DNA of 64,000 nucleotides from the NCBI GenBank assembly GCA_963716725.1, contig CAVQUB010000005.1, positions 1-64,000 of the forward strand, in the 5' to 3' direction. Under the pieces are notes generated by a model, which saw nothing but the letters and a program-made list of their open reading frames with translations, did not search any database and was not told the origin of the DNA. The translations under genes and the position numbers were made by a program. How positions within the stretch are numbered: position 1 is the stretch's first letter; each line of letters opens with the position of its first letter. The stretch comes from an uncultured delta proteobacterium. Its GTDB lineage: Bacteria > Myxococcota_A > Polyangia > Polyangiales > Polyangiaceae. Positions 60,507 to 64,000 of the stretch are shown in pieces.

Positions 60507-61562
60507 TCAGAACCCGTCGGGGGACGGTGTCAGTCCGGTCGATTCGAGGTGGTAGGTGAAGCCGAAGAAGATGGCCGTGGCGGCTGGGTCGGACACGACG
60601 CGACGGACCGCGGCTTCGGCCGCAAACGCGCGGTCGATGTAACCCGCGCCCACGCTCACGGCGTGGCTCTTGGCACCGTCGTCGTAGCGATAGCCGCCGC
60701 GCAGCGCGAACTTGTCGGCGAGCAAGAGCTCGAGACCACCCATGGCGCGCACGGTGGTCTTGTCCCAGGTCGTAAAATCGCTGACCACGTCGCCCTCGAC
60801 GGTGATGTCGCTGGTTCCGATGCCGAGGCCACCACCCACGCTGCTCGGTTGGAAGCCGTGCCCAGGGTTGTTGAGGTTGTTGCCCACCAGCGAGATGGCG
60901 AAGTACTCGGTGGGCTTCAGGGTCGCGCCCGCGTCGAAGGCGAAGCCGCGAACGATGTTCTCGTCGCGGAGGCCGCCCGAGGCCAGGCTGTCTCCGAGGG
61001 GACCGAGGCCGTTCTGTTTCAGCCACAAATAGCGGCCGCCGACGCCCAGCGAGAATTGATCCGAGAACGGCATCGCCAACGCGAATCGCAGATCGGTCGC
61101 TTGGCGATCGATGCCATCGGGGTCCTGAAGCGTCCACACTCCGCCGAAGCCGCCGGCCAGGCGTGTGCTCGACACGATCGAGTCGACAGCGCCGCCGCCG
61201 TAGCTTTGCCGACTCGCTTCGGGCCAGATCTGGGCCAAGGCGCCCAGGTGATAGATGCGCGCGGACGCCATGTTGGCCGGGTTGAGGAAGAGCGCGCTGA
61301 CCGAGTTGCTGTAGGCCCGCAGCGCCCCACCCATCGCCGCGGCGCGCGGGGTCTCGATCTCGCCGTAGTTCCAGCCCACGGCTGGGTCGAGGGTAGACGC
61401 CTCGGCGCTCGCGCGCGCGGCATCGAGGGTGCAGGCGGCCAACGCGCACGCACCGACGAGCGCACGCCTTCGCGCCTTCGAGGCTCCACCAAGACGCTGG
61501 GGTTTCGACACTGGGCCGACAGCTACTCTCCCGCGCCGCTGACGGGCAACAAAACCGAGCAC
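60507..61562 (-). CDS. Putative outer-membrane beta-barrel protein (PorV/FadL-like)
   Basis: PRAAAMGGA...ALFLNPA N-terminal motif followed by amphipathic strands; start uncertain. Confidence 0.65.
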   Translation of the reverse strand: MLGFVARQRRGRVAVGPVSKPQRLGGASKARRRALVGACALAACTLDAARASAEASTLDPAVGWNYGEIETPRAAAMGGALRAYSNSVSALFLNPANMASARIYHLGALAQIWPEASRQSYGGGAVDSIVSSTRLAGGFGGVWTLQDPDGIDRQATDLRFALAMPFSDQFSLGVGGRYLWLKQNGLGPLGDSLASGGLRDENIVRGFAFDAGATLKPTEYFAISLVGNNLNNPGHGFQPSSVGGGLGIGTSDITVEGDVVSDFTTWDKTTVRAMGGLELLLADKFALRGGYRYDDGAKSHAVSVGAGYIDRAFAAEAAVRRVVSDPAATAIFFGFTYHLESTGLTPSPDGF

Positions 61563-62080
61563 GCCCCCAATACGCTCCGATGAGTGCTGTCAAGATTTCT
61601 GCGACGGCGAGCACGAAGAAACAGAAGATCGTCAGCCGAGCAGCACCTGCACTCTTGACTCCGAGAGCGACGAGTTTTCTGCTGCGCGAGCGACAAGACC
61701 ATCGCCGCGAGATGGCAAAGTCGCGTGTCCATGCAGAGTTACGCGCGCGTGTGGAAGACCCGATTGTGCAAGTCGCGACAGGGGGCAAACGTGCTCCCAA
61801 CAAAGCGCCAGCTTTTGTCCCGGATCATCGCGATCGGGAAATCCACGATTGAACTCCGGCAGCGACCGGTGCTAGCTCGGCCTTCCTTTCGACGGTGGTC
61901 ACGGTCGCGACGACCCAACCGCCACCGAAGGAACTCTGGAAGCGAACACTCGACTTCCGGCTGGCAATGAAGCTCGAGAGCTTGGTCTTCAGAGGCGAGG
62001 GCCCGCGGGGCGCAGGTTCCGTTTCCCTCGACTCGAATTCGGGTCCGCAACACGATCCAGATGAGCAGCGGGGCTACAGG

Positions 62081-62112
62081 CTGTCCACACCCTGTGGACA
62101 ACTTGTGGGGAG
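62081..62112. promoter_or_regulatory. DnaA-box cluster upstream of dnaA (autoregulatory site or oriC part)
   Basis: CTGTCCACA, TGTGGACAA and TGTGGGGAG, 1-3 mismatches to TTATCCACA. Confidence 0.7.
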
Positions 62113-62121
62113 CAATCTTCC

Positions 62122-63597
62122 GTGGATTTCGAAGCAGTCGTGCAGAGTCATTCGTTCCCAGTGCAGTCAGTGATGCAGAGCCCGATCAACCCCTCAGTCC
62201 CCTGGCGCGAGGCCCTGGAGCGGACGCGAGCCCGCTCGCCCGCTTCCTTCGAGCAATGGTTCTCCAGCGTCCAGGTGGACTCGCTCGAAGCAGGAGTGCT
62301 CTCGCTGGCCGCCCGCGACGAGTTCGTTCGCGACTGGGTCAAGACCCACTTCCTTCCCGATTTCGTCAGCCACCTCGAAGCCATCATCGGCCGAGAGATC
62401 AAGGTCGACTGGCGAGTCTCCAACCACTTGGACCATCCGGTGTGTGAGCCCAAGGCGCCGGTTCAGCGCCGGGTCGCTCCATCGGCCGAGCGCCCGCCGT
62501 CCGAGCGCGGCAACGGTGGCGGGCTGCTGAAGAGCGATCGTTCGTCGGCCGATCGCGCGGGCCTCACCGCGAGCCTCAACCCCAAGCACACCTTCACCAA
62601 CTTCGTGGTCGGCCCTTCGAACGAGCTCGCCTACGCCGCGGCGCTCGCGTCGGCTGGCGGCGGAGGGCCACGTTACAACCCGCTCTTCATCGCGGGCGGC
62701 ACGGGCCTCGGCAAGACGCACCTCGTGCACGCCATCGCGCACCAGGTGCTCGAGAGCAACCCGCGCGCCCGCGTCATCTACACGTCCGCGGAGCACTTCA
62801 CCAACGAGTTCATCGAGTCGCTCCAGCACAAGAAGATGGACGAGTTTCGCGCGCGGTACCGCACCGAGTGCGACCTCTTGTTGCTCGACGACATTCAGTT
62901 CCTGGCGGGGCGCGAGCAGACCCAAGAGGAGTTCTTCCACACCTTCAACGCGCTCCGGGACTCGGACAAGCCCATCGTCGTCACCAGCGACAAGTACCCG
63001 CAGCAGCTTCAGCGCATGCCCGAGCGGCTGGTGTCGCGCTTCACCTCCGGCTTGGTCGCGGACATTCAGGTGCCTCAGCTCGAGACCCGCGTCGCCATCG
63101 TGCGCAAGAAGGCCGAAATCGAGTCGATTCACCTGGACGACGCCGTCGCGGTCTTGCTCGCGCAGACCGTCAAGAGCAACGTTCGCGAGCTCGAGGGCGC
63201 GCTGATCCGCCTCGCGGCCAAGTCCTCACTGACCGGCCAAGCCATCGATGTCGCCTTCGCGGCTGCGGAGCTCGCTCGCGTCGCGCCACGCCGCCCGGAC
63301 GTGATGAGCGTCGAGGACATCCAGCGCGTCGTGTGCAGCCACTTCCGTCTGACGAACTCGGATCTACTCAGCAAGGACCGACACAAGAGCGTGGCCTTCG
63401 CCCGGCAGGTCGCCATGTACCTGTGCCGACAACGCCTCAAATGCAGCTTCCCAGAGCTCGGGCGCGCGTTTGGCAACCGCGACCACACCACGGTGATGAG
63501 CGCAGTGCGTCGGGTGGAGCACCTGCGGGCGAAGGACCCGCAGGTCAACGCTCACCTAGAGGCCATCGAGCAGCGCTTGGCTTCGTCGGAAGACTGA
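62122..63597 (+). CDS. dnaA: Chromosomal replication initiator DnaA
   Basis: YNPLFIAGGTGLGKTHL, LLLDDIQF, NVRELEGAL, RDHTTV; the start may be 62173. Confidence 0.97.
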   Translation: MDFEAVVQSHSFPVQSVMQSPINPSVPWREALERTRARSPASFEQWFSSVQVDSLEAGVLSLAARDEFVRDWVKTHFLPDFVSHLEAIIGREIKVDWRVSNHLDHPVCEPKAPVQRRVAPSAERPPSERGNGGGLLKSDRSSADRAGLTASLNPKHTFTNFVVGPSNELAYAAALASAGGGGPRYNPLFIAGGTGLGKTHLVHAIAHQVLESNPRARVIYTSAEHFTNEFIESLQHKKMDEFRARYRTECDLLLLDDIQFLAGREQTQEEFFHTFNALRDSDKPIVVTSDKYPQQLQRMPERLVSRFTSGLVADIQVPQLETRVAIVRKKAEIESIHLDDAVAVLLAQTVKSNVRELEGALIRLAAKSSLTGQAIDVAFAAAELARVAPRRPDVMSVEDIQRVVCSHFRLTNSDLLSKDRHKSVAFARQVAMYLCRQRLKCSFPELGRAFGNRDHTTVMSAVRRVEHLRAKDPQVNAHLEAIEQRLASSED

Positions 63598-64000
63598 CAC
63601 GCTCGCTCCGCCCCGTTCACCAGCGCGCCCGTGCGGCGCTCGACGGCGACCGTCGGCAGCGAGCGCGGCGCGATCGGACGAAGCTCGGGCAGCTGACCCA
63701 CGACGCCGGCGATGTGCATGGACACGGCGTCAAAGGACTCGCCCGCGGCGCTGCCGAGGGCGCGGCCATACGCAAACTCGCTGCGCGACGTCGTCGCGAC
63801 ACTCTCGCCGGCCAGCGGGATCCCGTCGCGCACCAGCTGCCAGGTCCCGCGAACGTTGGCGGACCAGCCAGGCCCGGTCGCGCTCGGCGGGCTCGAATCG
63901 ACGCGCACGCGCAGGTGCAAGAGGTAGTCTCCCGGAGCGACGTTGTCGCCCTTCCGCTTGACCGAGACCGAGGGAAAGCTCGGCCAGAGGGTGCGTTCGA
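63552..64000 (-). CDS. 3' part of a hypothetical gene entering from outside the window
   Basis: Open frame running to the window edge, convergent with dnaA. Confidence 0.4.
   Translation of the reverse strand, partial: ERTLWPSFPSVSVKRKGDNVAPGDYLLHLRVRVDSSPPSATGPGWSANVRGTWQLVRDGIPLAGESVATTSRSEFAYGRALGSAAGESFDAVSMHIAGVVGQLPELRPIAPRSLPTVAVERRTGALVNGAERACQSSDEAKRCSMASR

Noticed and set aside
61580..61852. rpmH upstream of dnaA
   Set aside because: No MKRTxQP-like frame found on either strand.

Overview
GC-rich window that looks myxobacterial (Polyangiaceae/Sorangiineae-like, inferred from gene content and Cys-rich lipoproteins). It has two halves. 1-35.8 kb is accessory: a tandem array of FGE/SUMF1-domain lipoprotein genes behind a HEXXH lipoprotein, three IS91/ISCR-family (HUH) transposase relics plus a duplicated 5' piece, an intact IS4-family element, several toxin-antitoxin modules, an HNH nuclease, tRNA-Ala and a 5'-truncated TcdB/Rhs toxin. 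35.6-64 kb is core-like: C1 peptidase, rpiA, PP2C phosphatase, ECF sigma, tRNA-Gln, a carH-crtBIEY / ABC / photolyase light cluster, hemG-hemE-ccmE and dnaA with DnaA boxes. Two signals stand out. (1) A family of 27-nt, frame-preserving double-hairpin mini-insertions (18 units at 13 sites) sits inside coding sequences, nests into itself and shows compensatory stem changes; an insertion-free paralogue in the window supplies empty sites. (2) Two tandem cassette arrays have, in every unit, a structured ~230-nt element on one side and a variable-length copy of the 3' end of an anchor gene on the other. Several single-base frameshifts may be assembly errors. All calls come from reading the sequence; no searches were run.
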